From NCBI GenBank assembly GCA_964621165.1, contig CAZULC010000012.1:3409-67408 (forward strand): a stretch of 64,000 nucleotides of DNA. Reading direction: 5' to 3'. A program made the translations under genes and the position numbers. The DNA comes from an uncultured Ruminococcus sp. (GTDB lineage Bacteria > Bacillota > Clostridia > Oscillospirales > CAG-272). This document shows, piece after piece, positions 10,821 to 21,635 of this stretch; within the stretch, counting starts at the first letter, position 1; each line of letters begins with the position of its first letter. The notes below the pieces were generated by a model. It saw nothing but the letters and a program-made list of their open reading frames with translations, was not told the origin of the DNA and ran no database searches.

Positions 10821-10849
10821 TTGACAACCGCCCGCCGTCATGGTATAAT
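10821..10849 (+). promoter_or_regulatory. Sigma-A promoter of the hfs hydrogenase operon
   Basis: TTGACA-17 nt-TATAAT with extended TG; divergent TTGAAT-17-TATAAT promoter on the minus strand at 10771-10799. Confidence 0.8.
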
Positions 10850-10905
10850 AATGATGAATAAATAGCAGAATTAAAATTCAATTTATACTTTCATGGAGGG
10901 TACAT

Positions 10906-11148
10906 ATGAAAATCACAGTTTGCATCGGAAGCTCATGTCATCTCAAGGGTTCGAGATACGTAGTCGAGAACATCCAGCGTCTCATCAAGGAAAACAACCT
11001 CTCCGACAAGGTTGACATCGCCGGAACATTCTGCATGAACAAATGTCAGCATGGAGTCTGCGTGACGGTTGACGACAAGTTCTGCTCCGTTTCCCCTGAC
11101 ACTGTCGAAGATTTCTTCAAAAACGAAGTCCTTGCGAAGGTTCAGTAA
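10906..11148 (+). CDS. Thioredoxin-like [2Fe-2S] ferredoxin (NuoE-like, HfsA-type)
   Basis: VCIGSSCHLKGS..FCMNKC, four Cys ligands. Confidence 0.88.
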   Translation: MKITVCIGSSCHLKGSRYVVENIQRLIKENNLSDKVDIAGTFCMNKCQHGVCVTVDDKFCSVSPDTVEDFFKNEVLAKVQ

Positions 11149-11160
11149 CTGAGGTCGGGC

Positions 11161-11418
11161 ATGGTTATAGAAATCTGTATCGGAAGCTCCTGCTTTCTCA
11201 AGGGTTCACAGGAAATAATTGAGCTTATGCAGAAAGCCATAGCCGACAACGGACTTGATGCGGATGTTGCTCTCGGCGGAAGCTTCTGCACGGGAAAATG
11301 AAACAGGGAAGGCGTTCAGGTCACAATCGACGGCGAGGTGTTCTGTGGGGTAACGCGCGAAAACTTCAAGGAATTCTTCGAAAAGAACGTGCTCAAAAAA
11401 ATCAAGGGCTTATTTTAA
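11161..11418 (+). pseudogene. Second NuoE-like [2Fe-2S] ferredoxin with in-frame TGA
   Basis: MVIEICIGSSCFLKGS..GSFCTGK*NREGVQVTIDG..FFEKNVL; TGA at 11299-11301 sits at the position of the fourth Cys. Confidence 0.85.
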
Positions 11419-11470
11419 GGGTCAGCCGAAAAGTCAGGCAAAAATGAATAACTGAAAGGAAAAACGCCGT

Positions 11471-13147
11471 ATGGCAAGCTGTCTTACTTAAAAAAAATCC
11501 AACTGTCAAAACTGCTATAAATGTATCCGTCACTGTCCGGTGAAGTCCATACGCTTTTCCGGAAACCAGGCGCACATCATCGGAAACGAGTGCATTCTCT
11601 GCGGTCAGTGCTTTGTCGTATGTCCGCAGAACGCAAAGAAAATCGTTGACGAGACCGAAAAGGCAAAGGTTCTGATTCAGTCCGGCGACCCGGTTTACGC
11701 AAGCCTTGCTCCTTCCTTTATCGCAAACTACGAGGGAAGCGGAATCGATGGTATGCGTGAGGCTCTCACCAAGCTTGGCTTTGCCGGAGTAGAGGGGACT
11801 GCAATTGGAGCTACATACGTAAAGCGCGAGTACGAGCGTCTTCTTCATGAAGAAAACCGGGACATTCTGATAAGCTCCTGCTGTCACTCCATCAATCTGC
11901 TTATCCAGAAGTACTTCCCGCGGGAACTGCCCTACCTTGCCGATGTTCTCTCCCCCGTGCAGGCTCACTGCAAGGACATAAAGAAGCGTCATCCGGGAGC
12001 AAAAACCGTGTTCATAGGACCCTGCGTGGCCAAGAAGGACGAAGCCAAGTACTACGAGGGTCTTGTTGACGCTGTTCTGACTTTTGAAGAGCTGACTAAA
12101 TGGCTTGAAGCCGAAAAAATAGAGATTCCGGAAATCATGGACTCAAGTGAACAGAGCCGTGCGAGATTCTTCCCCACAACCGGCGGTATCCTCAAGACCA
12201 TGGCGCAGAACGAGCCGGGTTACACCTACATAGCGATCGACGGCGTGCAGAACTGCATTGACGCTCTCCGTGACATCGAAAACGGATCAATGCACAAGTG
12301 CTTTATCGAGATGTCAGCTTGTGCCGGAAGCTGCGTTGGCGATCCCATAATGGAGAAGTACCACAAATCCCCGGTGAGGGAGTACATCTTCGTGTCAAAC
12401 TACGCCGGTCAGAAGGACTTTGACGTTCCCCAGCCTGACGAGATTCAGATGCGCAAGACCTTTACCTTTATCGAAAAGAAGGCTGAAATCCCGACAGACG
12501 AGCAGATCCGCGATATTCTCCGACAGATGGGCAAGTACAAGCCATCGGACGAGCTGAACTGCGGCTCCTGCGGCTACGACATCTGCCGGGAAAAGGCTGT
12601 GGCTATATTCCAGGGAAAAGCCGAAATCTCCATGTGCCTGCCCTACCTCAAGGACAAAGCCGAGAGCTTCTCAGACAGCATTGTCAACAACACGCCAAAC
12701 GATATTATCGTCCTCAACGAAAAGCTTGAGGTTCAGCAGATAAACAACGCCGCTCTGAAGATCATGAACATCCGCTCAGCTTCCGACGTTTTGAGCGATC
12801 AGGTAGTGCGCATTCTCGAGCCGGAGGTGTTCAATGAGGTTTTAGAGAGCGGAAAGAACGTGAAGGACCAGCGTGTTTACCTCGCAGAGTACTCGAAATA
12901 TGTAGAATAGTCCGTCTTCTACGACCATGACTACAAGCTCTTAATCTGCCTCATGCGCGACGTCACTGAGGAAGAAACCGAGAAGGAAAAGAAGGAAAAC
13001 ATCAGCCGCCAGACGGTGGAAATTGCCGACAAGGTTGTGGACAAGCAGATGAGAATCGTGCAGAAAATCGCGTCTCTTCTCGGTGAGACTGCCGCTGAGA
13101 CAAAGATTGCGCTGACCAAGCTGAAGGAGTCCATAAAAGATGAATGA
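11471..13147 (+). pseudogene. PAS-domain sensory [FeFe]-hydrogenase (HydS/HfsB, group C) with two nonsense codons
   Basis: MASCLT*KKSNCQNCYKCIRHCP (TAA 11489-11491); SSCC, GPCVAKKDE and EMSAC motifs; LNCGSCGY; PAS domain; TAG 12908-12910; frame continues to ASLLGETAAETK. Confidence 0.88.
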
Positions 13148-14311
13148 TTTATGCGCTGATATCGGCTACAAAAGCATCAATCATTATGGGGAACAGCTCT
13201 GTGGCGACCACATCGACATTGTTGAGCAGGACGAGAACTCCCAGGTCATAGTTTTGGCCGACGGACTTGGAAGCGGAGTCAAGGCGAACATACTCTCAAC
13301 CCTGACGTCGAAAATCATCTCCACAATGATGGCTGAGGGACTTTCCCTCGAGGACTGCGTGGAAACCATAGCCGCAACCCTGCCGATCTGCTCTGTCCGC
13401 GGTGTGGCTTACTCCACCTTTACCATAATTCACTTAATCAACAACGAAACCGCCGAACTCATCCAGTAGGACAACCCGCAGATTATCCTGATCCGCGACT
13501 GCGAGAACTACGAGTATCCCCGGGGTGAGATGAACATGGGCGGAAAGAAGATATACCGCTCCACAATCAAGCTCCACGAGGACGACATTTTCATAGCAAT
13601 GAGCGACAGCTGTCCCCACGCGGGAATCGGAATTGCATACAACTTCGGCCGGAAGAGGGAGGACATTATATCCTTCATGGAGTCAATCTCCCATGTTGGC
13701 TACACCGCAAAAACTCTGTCAACCATACTGATAGACGAGTGCAACAAGTTCTACAGCAACAAGCCCGGAGACGACGCCACAGCCTGCATTGTCCGTATCC
13801 GCAAGAGTGAGCCCATAAACATGCTCTTCGGTCCGCCCCGCAACCGCGACGACTGCGAAGAATGATGTCACTGTTCTTCTCAAAGAAGGGCAAGCACATT
13901 ATCTGCGGAGGTATAACCTCGTCCATTGCGGCAAAATACCTCCACAAGCCCCTGCGTCCAAGCCTGAACTTCGAGAGAAGCGACATTCCACCTATTGCAG
14001 AGCTTGAAGGGGTGGACCTCGTGACGGAAGGTGTTATCACGGTCAACCGCGTTCTCGAGTACGCGCGGGATTATCTCAAGGACAACGAGAGCTACGAGCA
14101 GTGGGGCTACAAGCGTGACGGTGCGTCTCTGATTTCCCGTATGCTTTTTGAAGAAGCTACCGACATCAACTTCTACGTGGGAAGGGCTATCAATCCGGCT
14201 CACCAGAACCCCGACCTGCCCATCAACTTCAGCATAAAGATGAACCTCGTCACCGAGCTGTCCGACTGCCTGAAGAAAATAGGAAAGCGAATCAAGGTCA
14301 GCTACTTCTAA
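13140..14311 (+). pseudogene. SpoIIE/PP2C-family Ser/Thr phosphatase (HfsC-type), nonsense codon plus frameshift
   Basis: CGD, LADGLGSGVKANILS, PGDDAT, VTEGVIT, AINPAHQNP; TAG 13467-13469 (IQ*DNP); frameshift near 13860. Confidence 0.88.
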
Positions 14312-14335
14312 AGATTAGGAAGGTTTTACCCGAAT

Positions 14336-15772
14336 ATGAACAAAACAAGAAAATTTGATACCAAAGTCCAGTATCTGAAATATAAGGTTCTCCGCGAGGT
14401 GGCACGTCAGGAGTGGAACGATACTCTTCTCGAAAATCTCTACAATATCCCGAAGATTATCGTTCCCGGAAACACCCCCACCATGCGCTGCTGTGTGTAT
14501 AAAGAGAGGGCGATCCTCGAGGAGAGAGTCAAAATCGCAATGGGCGGGGACAAAACAAACCCCAACGTCATCGAGGTTATAGAAATCGCCTGCGACGAAT
14601 GCCCGGTGGGCGGATATGAAGTCACAAACGCATGCCGCGGATGCCTTGCCCATAGATGCGAGGACGTGTGTAAGAGAGGCGCGATATCCTTCGACAACAA
14701 CCACGTCGCCCACATCGACAAGACAAAGTGCATCGAGTGCGGAGCCTGCGCAAAGGTCTGCCCCTACACCGCGATCGTGTCCCGGAAGCGCCCCTGCCAG
14801 AATGCTTGCAAGGTCAAGGCTATTTCCATGAACGAAAACAAGGCGGCTACTATCGATAACAGCAAGTGCATAGCCTGCGGTTCCTGCGTGTACCAGTGCC
14901 CATTCGGTGCGATTTCCGACAAGTCCTTCATCCTCGACGTTATCAGAATCTTAAAAAACGCCGACGGAAACAATAAAGTATACGCAATCGTTGCCCCGTC
15001 AATCTCCAGCCAGTTTACATACGCGAAGCTCGGTCAGGTCATCACCGGCATGAAGGAGCTGGGTTTTCACACGGTAATTGAAGCGGCTTTGGGTGCGGAC
15101 ATGGTGGCTGACGCTGAGTCGAAGGAGCTTGCCGAAAAGGGCTTCCTTACCAGCTCATGCTGCCCGGCGTTTGTGGACTACATCAAGAAGAATTTCCACG
15201 ATCTCGTGCCCTTTGTGTCCCACAACCTCTCCCCCATGGCAACCATCGCCAAGTACATCAAGGACACTGACCCGTCGTCGAAAACTGTCTTCATCGGTCC
15301 CTGCACTGCAAAGAAAGCCGAGGTTCAGCTTGACACAGTAAAGGATTACGTTGACGCGGCAATGACGTTTGAAGAACTGCAGGCACTGTTCGACAGCCGG
15401 GACCTCGATATCACCACCCTTGACGAAGGAGTCCTCGACAACGCATCCTACTTCGGACGTATTTTCGCCCGCTGTGGTGGTCTTGCCGATGCCGTTGCGG
15501 AAGGACTTAAGGAAAACGGATACGCTGACTTTCAGCTCAAGGCATGCTCCTGCGACGGAATCGAAGCCTGCCGGGTGGCTCTGCTTAAAAAGAGCAAGAA
15601 CGTCCTTGACGCAAACTTCATTGAAGGCATGGCTTGCGTAGGCGGCTGTATCGGCGGCGCGGGATGCCTGACTCATGGCGAGAAGAGCAAGTCAGACGTT
15701 GACAAGTACGGCATGGAAGCCTACGAAAGGAAAATCTCCGATGCCCTCGCGGTCATCAACTATAAAAAGTAA
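14336..15772 (+). CDS. Monomeric [FeFe]-hydrogenase (HfsD-type, group B)
   Basis: RCCVYKER, several 4Fe-4S CxxCxxCxxxCP motifs, H-cluster motifs TSSCCP, GPCTAKKAE, EGMACVGGCIGG; reading frame open. Confidence 0.9.
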   Translation: MNKTRKFDTKVQYLKYKVLREVARQEWNDTLLENLYNIPKIIVPGNTPTMRCCVYKERAILEERVKIAMGGDKTNPNVIEVIEIACDECPVGGYEVTNACRGCLAHRCEDVCKRGAISFDNNHVAHIDKTKCIECGACAKVCPYTAIVSRKRPCQNACKVKAISMNENKAATIDNSKCIACGSCVYQCPFGAISDKSFILDVIRILKNADGNNKVYAIVAPSISSQFTYAKLGQVITGMKELGFHTVIEAALGADMVADAESKELAEKGFLTSSCCPAFVDYIKKNFHDLVPFVSHNLSPMATIAKYIKDTDPSSKTVFIGPCTAKKAEVQLDTVKDYVDAAMTFEELQALFDSRDLDITTLDEGVLDNASYFGRIFARCGGLADAVAEGLKENGYADFQLKACSCDGIEACRVALLKKSKNVLDANFIEGMACVGGCIGGAGCLTHGEKSKSDVDKYGMEAYERKISDALAVINYKK

Positions 15773-15787
15773 AGTAATATAAAATTT

Positions 15788-15824
15788 CTCCGACGGATTG
15801 TGCGCAGCCTGCTGGAGTTTTTTT
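15788..15824 (+). terminator. Intrinsic terminator after the hydrogenase operon
   Basis: ctccgacgg / ctgctggag stem plus T7. Confidence 0.65.
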
Positions 15825-15970
15825 GCTTGAATTCTTTACAAAAAAATGGATTTTTACGAGTCAAAACTTTGTTTATTCTTGAATGGCAAAAGTCAAAAAA
15901 TTTACTTGACTTGAGTCAAAATTCGGAGTATAATTTCCCGCGTAATTTTTATTAACGATGAAGGCATTAT

Positions 15971-17098
15971 ATGAGTGAAAAAAAATTCACGGTTCCGGAT
16001 TTTTATAGTGATTTCAGATGCAAAATGGGCGCGTGCCGGAGAAGCTGCTGCTATGGTTGGCATATCACCGTATCAATGGACGAGTATTTCCGCCTGATAG
16101 GACTGGACTGCCCGCCCGAGATACGACGGAAGCTGGACGGCGGCGTGTTCATGCTGGAAAAACCAACCCCCGAGAGGTACGCGGAATTTTCAAAAAACTA
16201 CGTCGGCGACTGTCCCCTTCACGGCGAGGACGGACTCTGCTCCCTCCAATGCTCCTGCGGTGAGGACTTTCTGCCGTCGGTGTGCCGCTACTACCCCCGC
16301 AGTCCACGCACACTTCACGGGAACCACTGCTCAGTTTCGGCTTCCTGCGAGGGCGTCGTGGAGCTTCTGATGAATAAGACGGATAAAATGACCTTCACCG
16401 AGACCCGGCTGAACTTCGGCTACCACCTGCCTGAGCCGGACGACAGCCTTGTCAGCGAATATTATGCCGCGGTCCGCCGTCGTTTCATAAAAATTCTGCA
16501 GAACAGGAACCTGAGCCTTGAAGCGCGGCTTAAAAATCTGGTCGTATTCGGCGGGAAGCTGAACACTCCGTTCGTGGAAAAGAACCGTGACGAGGTTGAG
16601 AAAATACTCGCGGAAGACGGGACGGAATGCGTGAATAATTATGCGTTTCCCGCACCTGAAGCAGTTGACGAAATCCGCGTTTTCATAACCCGTCTCGGCG
16701 AGAGGTACCCGCTTGAAAAATACACGGAAAGGCTGAATCAGCTGACCCCCGTGCGCTATCCTGAAATGAAGCAAAAGCTTGCCCGGGTATACCCAAGCCT
16801 TCCCACAGCCGGCGAGCAGATTTTAGTCAACCACCTCTTCTACGTCGGCTTCCCATTTGAGAGCAACCGTGAGAGCGTCTACGAGTCCTGTGCGTCATTT
16901 GCGTCGCTGTACGCCGTGTGGATGGCTTTGGCGTCCCTCTGCCTCGAGGACAGCTTTACCCCCGACAGCTTTGCCGACCTGACCGCCGACGTGTTCCGCA
17001 TGTCCGAAAACTCGAACTACGACCTCCTCGCCGCCGCGTTCCTCTACGAAACCGGATTCATGAAGGAAGACAAGCTCTGCTCCCTCTGCGGAATGTGA
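15971..17098 (+). CDS. FliB-like flagellin lysine-N-methylase family Fe-S/Cys-cluster protein
   Basis: PDFYSDFRCKMGACRRSCCYGW, CPL..GLC..Q, VCRYYPR, SASCE. Confidence 0.8.
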   Translation: MSEKKFTVPDFYSDFRCKMGACRRSCCYGWHITVSMDEYFRLIGLDCPPEIRRKLDGGVFMLEKPTPERYAEFSKNYVGDCPLHGEDGLCSLQCSCGEDFLPSVCRYYPRSPRTLHGNHCSVSASCEGVVELLMNKTDKMTFTETRLNFGYHLPEPDDSLVSEYYAAVRRRFIKILQNRNLSLEARLKNLVVFGGKLNTPFVEKNRDEVEKILAEDGTECVNNYAFPAPEAVDEIRVFITRLGERYPLEKYTERLNQLTPVRYPEMKQKLARVYPSLPTAGEQILVNHLFYVGFPFESNRESVYESCASFASLYAVWMALASLCLEDSFTPDSFADLTADVFRMSENSNYDLLAAAFLYETGFMKEDKLCSLCGM

Positions 17099-17165
17099 CT
17101 TTGGTAAAAAAGTCGAGCAGGATGGGAAAAAATCCGGTATAATAAAGCCGTAAGGTGGTGAGCGC

Positions 17166-18044
17166 GTGAAGGAACAGATTCTTGCGGTTCAGCGTATGCA
17201 GGACTACATCGAAAATCATCCCGGGGAGGAGATAACCCTCGCTGACTTGGCGGGAGTCTCCATGTTTTCCCCGTGGCACTCCTATCGGCTGTTCCGGCAG
17301 TACACGGGCCTGACTCCGGTGGCTTACATAAGGGCTCTGCGGCTGTCGGACTCTGCTGTGCGGCTTAAAAGTGGGAATTACCACGTGACCGAGGTGGCGC
17401 TTGACTCCGGATTTGAAAGCGTTGACGGCTACTCCCGGGCGTTCTGCCGCAGATTCGGAACCAATCCCGGGGACTACACAAAAAATCCCGTTCCGATTCC
17501 GCTTTTCATCCCTTACGGAGTAAAATACAGAGAAAGAAAGGATTGCGGGAACATGGAAAAAATACATAGCGTGTTTGTTCAGTTGGTTAAAAAACCAAAA
17601 AGATGCGCATTCATCAGACGGGGACGAGACGCGGAGGATTATTTTTCTTATTGCGGGGAGGTCGGATGCGACGTTTGGGGGATTTTGAGGAGCATGGATT
17701 CCCTCTGCGGCGAGCCGGTGTGCATGTGGCTCATTGAAGAATACAAAAAAGCCGGTACCTCCACATATGTACAGGGCGTAGAAGTGCCAGCGGACTACAG
17801 TGATCCCGTTCCTGAAGGATTTGACGTCATAACCCTTCCCGAAGCGGAATACCTGATGTTTCAGGGAGAACCATTTGAAGAAGAGGATTATGAGTCAGCC
17901 ATAAGTGCGGTTCAGCAGGCTATGAGCCGTTATGAGCCTTCGCCGATTGGGTACCGCTGGGACGGGACGAACCCACGCGTTCAGCTTGAACCCATAGGAA
18001 CCCGCGGCTATATCGAGCTGAGAGCCGTGAAGCCTGTCAGATAA
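17166..18044 (+). CDS. AraC-family regulator with C-terminal GyrI-like effector domain
   Basis: N-terminal double HTH (SPWHSYRLF..GFESVDGYSRAF); C-terminal YVQGVEVP..YLMFQG. Confidence 0.88.
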   Translation: MKEQILAVQRMQDYIENHPGEEITLADLAGVSMFSPWHSYRLFRQYTGLTPVAYIRALRLSDSAVRLKSGNYHVTEVALDSGFESVDGYSRAFCRRFGTNPGDYTKNPVPIPLFIPYGVKYRERKDCGNMEKIHSVFVQLVKKPKRCAFIRRGRDAEDYFSYCGEVGCDVWGILRSMDSLCGEPVCMWLIEEYKKAGTSTYVQGVEVPADYSDPVPEGFDVITLPEAEYLMFQGEPFEEEDYESAISAVQQAMSRYEPSPIGYRWDGTNPRVQLEPIGTRGYIELRAVKPVR

Positions 18045-18102
18045 GCCTAAAAATATCCCTGCGTTCAGCGGTGCAGATTCGTTCCGCCGTGCAGGGACTT
18101 TT

Positions 18103-18921
18103 TTATTTTGATTTTCTGTACCTGTTGGGAGTGCATCCGACGGCTTTCTTGAAGGAGCCTGAGAAGTGCTGGGTGTTTGAATACCTGAGCAGTGAAGCTA
18201 TTTCCTTTATGGGCATCACCGTACCTGTCAGAAGACTCTTGGCGATAGAAATCTTCCTCTCCAGCATATACTGTACTGGAGTTGTACCGTATTTCTGTTT
18301 GAATACGCGGATGACGTGCATCTTGGTGACGCTGAACTCCTCGGCAATGTCGTCGAGGGAGATGTCGTTGTAGATGTTGTTGTCTATGAACGCACGGATT
18401 TTTTCGTCAAGGGAGTGGATTCCGGATTTTGTCGGGAACAGCTGGTCCTTTGTGACGTTCAAAAGAATCGTGAACAGTATCTGTGTGATGCTGCAGAAGG
18501 TCTCGCTTTCGTTTTCGTCGGTAATTCTCTCAAGCTTGTCGTGAATCTCGATGAAAAGGTTCATGACGTTCACGTCTTTTTTGTACACCGGCGGAAGGGC
18601 GAAAAAGTCGTAGAGCTTGCCCACCATCTCCCCGTCGAGGTTGAGCCAGATTTTTTCATAAGGGTTTGTCGGGGAGGAGTAGTGCATCTCGTCCGCGCCT
18701 TTTTTTATACAGTAAAAATCCCCGGCCTGAACGTGAATCTTTTCTCCGTTTGATTCTATATAGCCTTCCCCGGACACGACATATTCAAAGACATATACGT
18801 CGCAGGGATTTCTCGATATTCTGTAGTCGGGATCGGGATAGGTAACTCCCGCAAGCTGGCACGAAAAGGCATCAGAAGCCTCACGTTTGCCGACATACAC
18901 TATTTTCTCATTGTATTCCAT
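18103..18921 (-). CDS. AraC-family regulator (cupin plus HTH)
   Basis: EYVVSGEG cupin; IASLLRYSNTQHFSGSFKKAVGCTPNRYR. Confidence 0.9.
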   Translation of the reverse strand: MEYNEKIVYVGKREASDAFSCQLAGVTYPDPDYRISRNPCDVYVFEYVVSGEGYIESNGEKIHVQAGDFYCIKKGADEMHYSSPTNPYEKIWLNLDGEMVGKLYDFFALPPVYKKDVNVMNLFIEIHDKLERITDENESETFCSITQILFTILLNVTKDQLFPTKSGIHSLDEKIRAFIDNNIYNDISLDDIAEEFSVTKMHVIRVFKQKYGTTPVQYMLERKISIAKSLLTGTVMPIKEIASLLRYSNTQHFSGSFKKAVGCTPNRYRKSK

Positions 18922-19095
18922 ACAGCACACTCCGCATTCTTATCGTAACTGTTATTATACTATATTTATAATAAAAATGCAAGTTAATTTTTTGCAAAAA
19001 ACAAAAAAATTTTACAGCTTTCGACAAAACCGGCTGATTTGATTGTACATATATTAAAATATGATTAATTTTTTTCAGACTATCACAAATAGCTA

Positions 19096-19124
19096 TTGAC
19101 AGTCAAATGAACGTGTGATATAAT
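19096..19124 (+). promoter_or_regulatory. Sigma-A promoter; upstream 0A box TTCGACA at 19020-19026
   Basis: TTGACA-17 nt-TATAAT with TG. Confidence 0.75.
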
Positions 19125-19184
19125 ATAACTGTGAATTTAAAATACAATTAAGCTGCGGCAAAAAAAGCGGAAGGAGGAAGAAGA

Positions 19185-19775
19185 TTGAGAGGCGCGGAGC
19201 AGAACAAAAGAATCCCGGGGACCATACTCGACATGGATAAAATGGGAAACGCCACGGGACTAGAATTCATAAACAAGGTGTTCTACATCACCGACAGAAT
19301 CATGCTCGCACAGATACGCGAGATTACGGGAATCGACGGCACGACTCTACAAAACTGGCTGAAGCGAGGCTGGGTCGGCGCACCGGACAAAAAATCCTAC
19401 GGCAGGGAGCACCTCGCGCGGATCCTTATCATAAACATGATGCGGGACACCATGCAGCTATCCCGGGTTTTGTTTACCATCGAGTACATCAATGGAAAGA
19501 GCGAGGAGGACCACATAATAAAGGAGAGCATACTCTACGACTACATATGCCGGGTTCTCAGCCGACTGTCAGGCGAGGGCGTGTTCAGAACCGAAACCAT
19601 ATACGAAATAATCGACGACGTACTCGCGGACTACGAGGAGCCGGTGACTGGAGCAAAACGACGGCTGACAAACGGACTGCGGGTAATCACGATAACGTAT
19701 TATTCGTCAATCGTCAAGGCTGAAGCCGAGGCAATACTGGACGACCTTGGCGCACCCGAGGGACGGAAGAGATGA
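19185..19775 (+). CDS. DUF1836-type HTH DNA-binding protein
   Basis: IPGT..TTLQNWLKRGWV..PDKKSYGREHLARILII pattern; GGAGG RBS. Confidence 0.75.
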   Translation: MRGAEQNKRIPGTILDMDKMGNATGLEFINKVFYITDRIMLAQIREITGIDGTTLQNWLKRGWVGAPDKKSYGREHLARILIINMMRDTMQLSRVLFTIEYINGKSEEDHIIKESILYDYICRVLSRLSGEGVFRTETIYEIIDDVLADYEEPVTGAKRRLTNGLRVITITYYSSIVKAEAEAILDDLGAPEGRKR

Positions 19776-19830
19776 GCGGCAATCAAAATGAACTTGAATT
19801 TAAGATAATATTTTACGAAAGGATACTGTT

Positions 19831-20433
19831 ATGATTGAATGGTGGAATAATATGGACTTGACGGGGCAGATATTCGCCCTGATTGCGATTCCCTCGACCC
19901 TTGTGCTGGTGGTACAGACCCTGCTTCTGCTGTTCGGCATAGGCGGGGACGACATTGACGCGGACGGCATAGACCTGACGGGAAACGGTGTTGCTGACAC
20001 TCCCGGAGACGGAGGCGGGGACGGCATGGCAATGTTTTCCCTTCGCGGAATCATGGCAATGGCAGCGGTGGGCGGCTGGAGCGGACTTGTGATGTACGAA
20101 GCCGGAATCGCGCTGCCGGTTACGATAATTCTGTCCCTCGCTTTCGGATTCATGGCACTTGTGGGAATCGCGTGGCTGATGAAAATTTCCGAAAAGCTCC
20201 AGTCCAGCGGAAACATAGTCCTCGGCTACGCTGTGGGCAAGGTAGGCACGGTTTACATCCCCATACCGGAGAAGATGAAGGGGTCGGGAAAGATAAACAT
20301 CACCATACAGGAGCGGTTCCTCGAGGTTGACGCCGTAACCAACGCCGACAGAAAGCTGGCAACCGGAGAGAGCGTGAGAGTTGTCGCAACCGACGAGAGC
20401 GGCATGGTAGTAGTTGAGCCTGTGGTGAGATGA
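19831..20433 (+). CDS. NfeD/YuaF-like membrane protein
   Basis: Three TM segments with an acidic D/G loop; C-terminal OB fold GKVGTVYIPIP..VRVV. Confidence 0.85.
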   Translation: MIEWWNNMDLTGQIFALIAIPSTLVLVVQTLLLLFGIGGDDIDADGIDLTGNGVADTPGDGGGDGMAMFSLRGIMAMAAVGGWSGLVMYEAGIALPVTIILSLAFGFMALVGIAWLMKISEKLQSSGNIVLGYAVGKVGTVYIPIPEKMKGSGKINITIQERFLEVDAVTNADRKLATGESVRVVATDESGMVVVEPVVR

Positions 20434-20499
20434 ACCTCTCCCTCAAAAAAAGACGAATAACGACCTGAGACGACGGCTTTGTCCGTAAAGGAAATCACA

Positions 20500-21048
20500 A
20501 TGAAACACGAGAAACTGTTTTTAAGAATGACCCTGATTTCCCTGCTTACCCTTGTTCTCTACATAATCTGCGGTCCGCTGCTTGGGGCTGTACATACGGA
20601 GAACGCAAAAATATTCACATGGGCTGTTGCAAACCTGATTCTCTCAGTTTTCGTAATGGCAGTCTACGTCCACCTGTTCCTTTATATCTACTACATCAGA
20701 AAAGGGCAGATTGAGGATTCGCTGTTCCACAAAGAGGACTACCACGGGTTTAAGGAGGATATTGTCGCCTTCCTGACATCCGAGAAGTCAGTTTTTCTGA
20801 CAGCAGCGGCAATCAATATCGGCTCATGGCTTCTCATCAACGGTGACAGGCTCATATTCGGCAAGCGGACGTTTTCGGCGGTGCTGCTGGTTTACGCGCC
20901 CATGAATATGCTCGGCTCGTCGTTCCCCGAATACCTCAGCATTGTGGCGTATGTCCTGAGCAGTATTATGCTGTACCTGTTCTACGTAGTCGACCTCGCG
21001 CTGATGAGGAAAAGGGCGTACAATAATCTATACGTGAAAATAAAATGA
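20500..21048 (+). CDS. Hypothetical 4-TM membrane protein (paralog 1)
   Basis: Four hydrophobic segments; GFKEDIVAFLTSEK motif. Confidence 0.75.
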   Translation: MKHEKLFLRMTLISLLTLVLYIICGPLLGAVHTENAKIFTWAVANLILSVFVMAVYVHLFLYIYYIRKGQIEDSLFHKEDYHGFKEDIVAFLTSEKSVFLTAAAINIGSWLLINGDRLIFGKRTFSAVLLVYAPMNMLGSSFPEYLSIVAYVLSSIMLYLFYVVDLALMRKRAYNNLYVKIK

Positions 21049-21596
21049 AAAACAAATTACATCCAAGCCGGACGGAAACCTTGCGGAGTGTAATTGCAGT
21101 CTCCGGTCTGTCCGTGATGATATACTATATAATAACAGTTCTGTTTGCTGAAATAAAAGAACGGTTTGACTGCATTATCCCCGAGCCGGTACTGATAACC
21201 GCATTGATACTGCTAATGCTTGCTTATTCCATAATATATGTCTGGGGATTTCACGTATTGAGCGGCAGAATCAGGCAGTCCATGAGAGAAGGCGGATACG
21301 GCGGCGTCCGGGGTGATATTCTCGCCTGCTTGAAATCAGAGAAGTATCTCTTCGTCACTGTTCTGCTGATAAACCTGTTCAGCTGGGCTGTGATGGAATT
21401 CGGACTTTACACTGTAAGACCTCTCGGGTACCTGATAACGGCATTCATACCCCTGAACCCGCTGATTCTGGCGCACAGGCTCGGTCTGCCGTACAGTATC
21501 ATAAGCAGCGTGATAATATATGTTTTCGCCACGGTAATCCTCGTGCTGGCGAGAAAAATTACATATAATAGAATGTTCCCGAAAAACAAAAACTAA
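21045..21596 (+). CDS. Hypothetical 4-TM membrane protein (paralog 2)
   Basis: ATGA overlap with the upstream gene; GVRGDILACLKSEK motif. Confidence 0.75.
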   Translation: MKNKLHPSRTETLRSVIAVSGLSVMIYYIITVLFAEIKERFDCIIPEPVLITALILLMLAYSIIYVWGFHVLSGRIRQSMREGGYGGVRGDILACLKSEKYLFVTVLLINLFSWAVMEFGLYTVRPLGYLITAFIPLNPLILAHRLGLPYSIISSVIIYVFATVILVLARKITYNRMFPKNKN

Positions 21597-21635
21597 ACCA
21601 AGCAAAAATAAATTTAACATAAGGAGAAAACTAAA

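Noticed and set aside
11299-11301. In-frame TGA at a Cys ligand position, read as selenocysteine
   Set aside because: No convincing SECIS hairpin follows, and neighbouring genes carry TAA, TAG and frameshift lesions, so TGC/TGT to TGA nonsense is more parsimonious. A selABC and bSECIS search would settle it.
11471-14311. Stop-codon reassignment or programmed readthrough
   Set aside because: All three stop types occur, they replace different expected residues, and the same codons terminate normal genes throughout the window.
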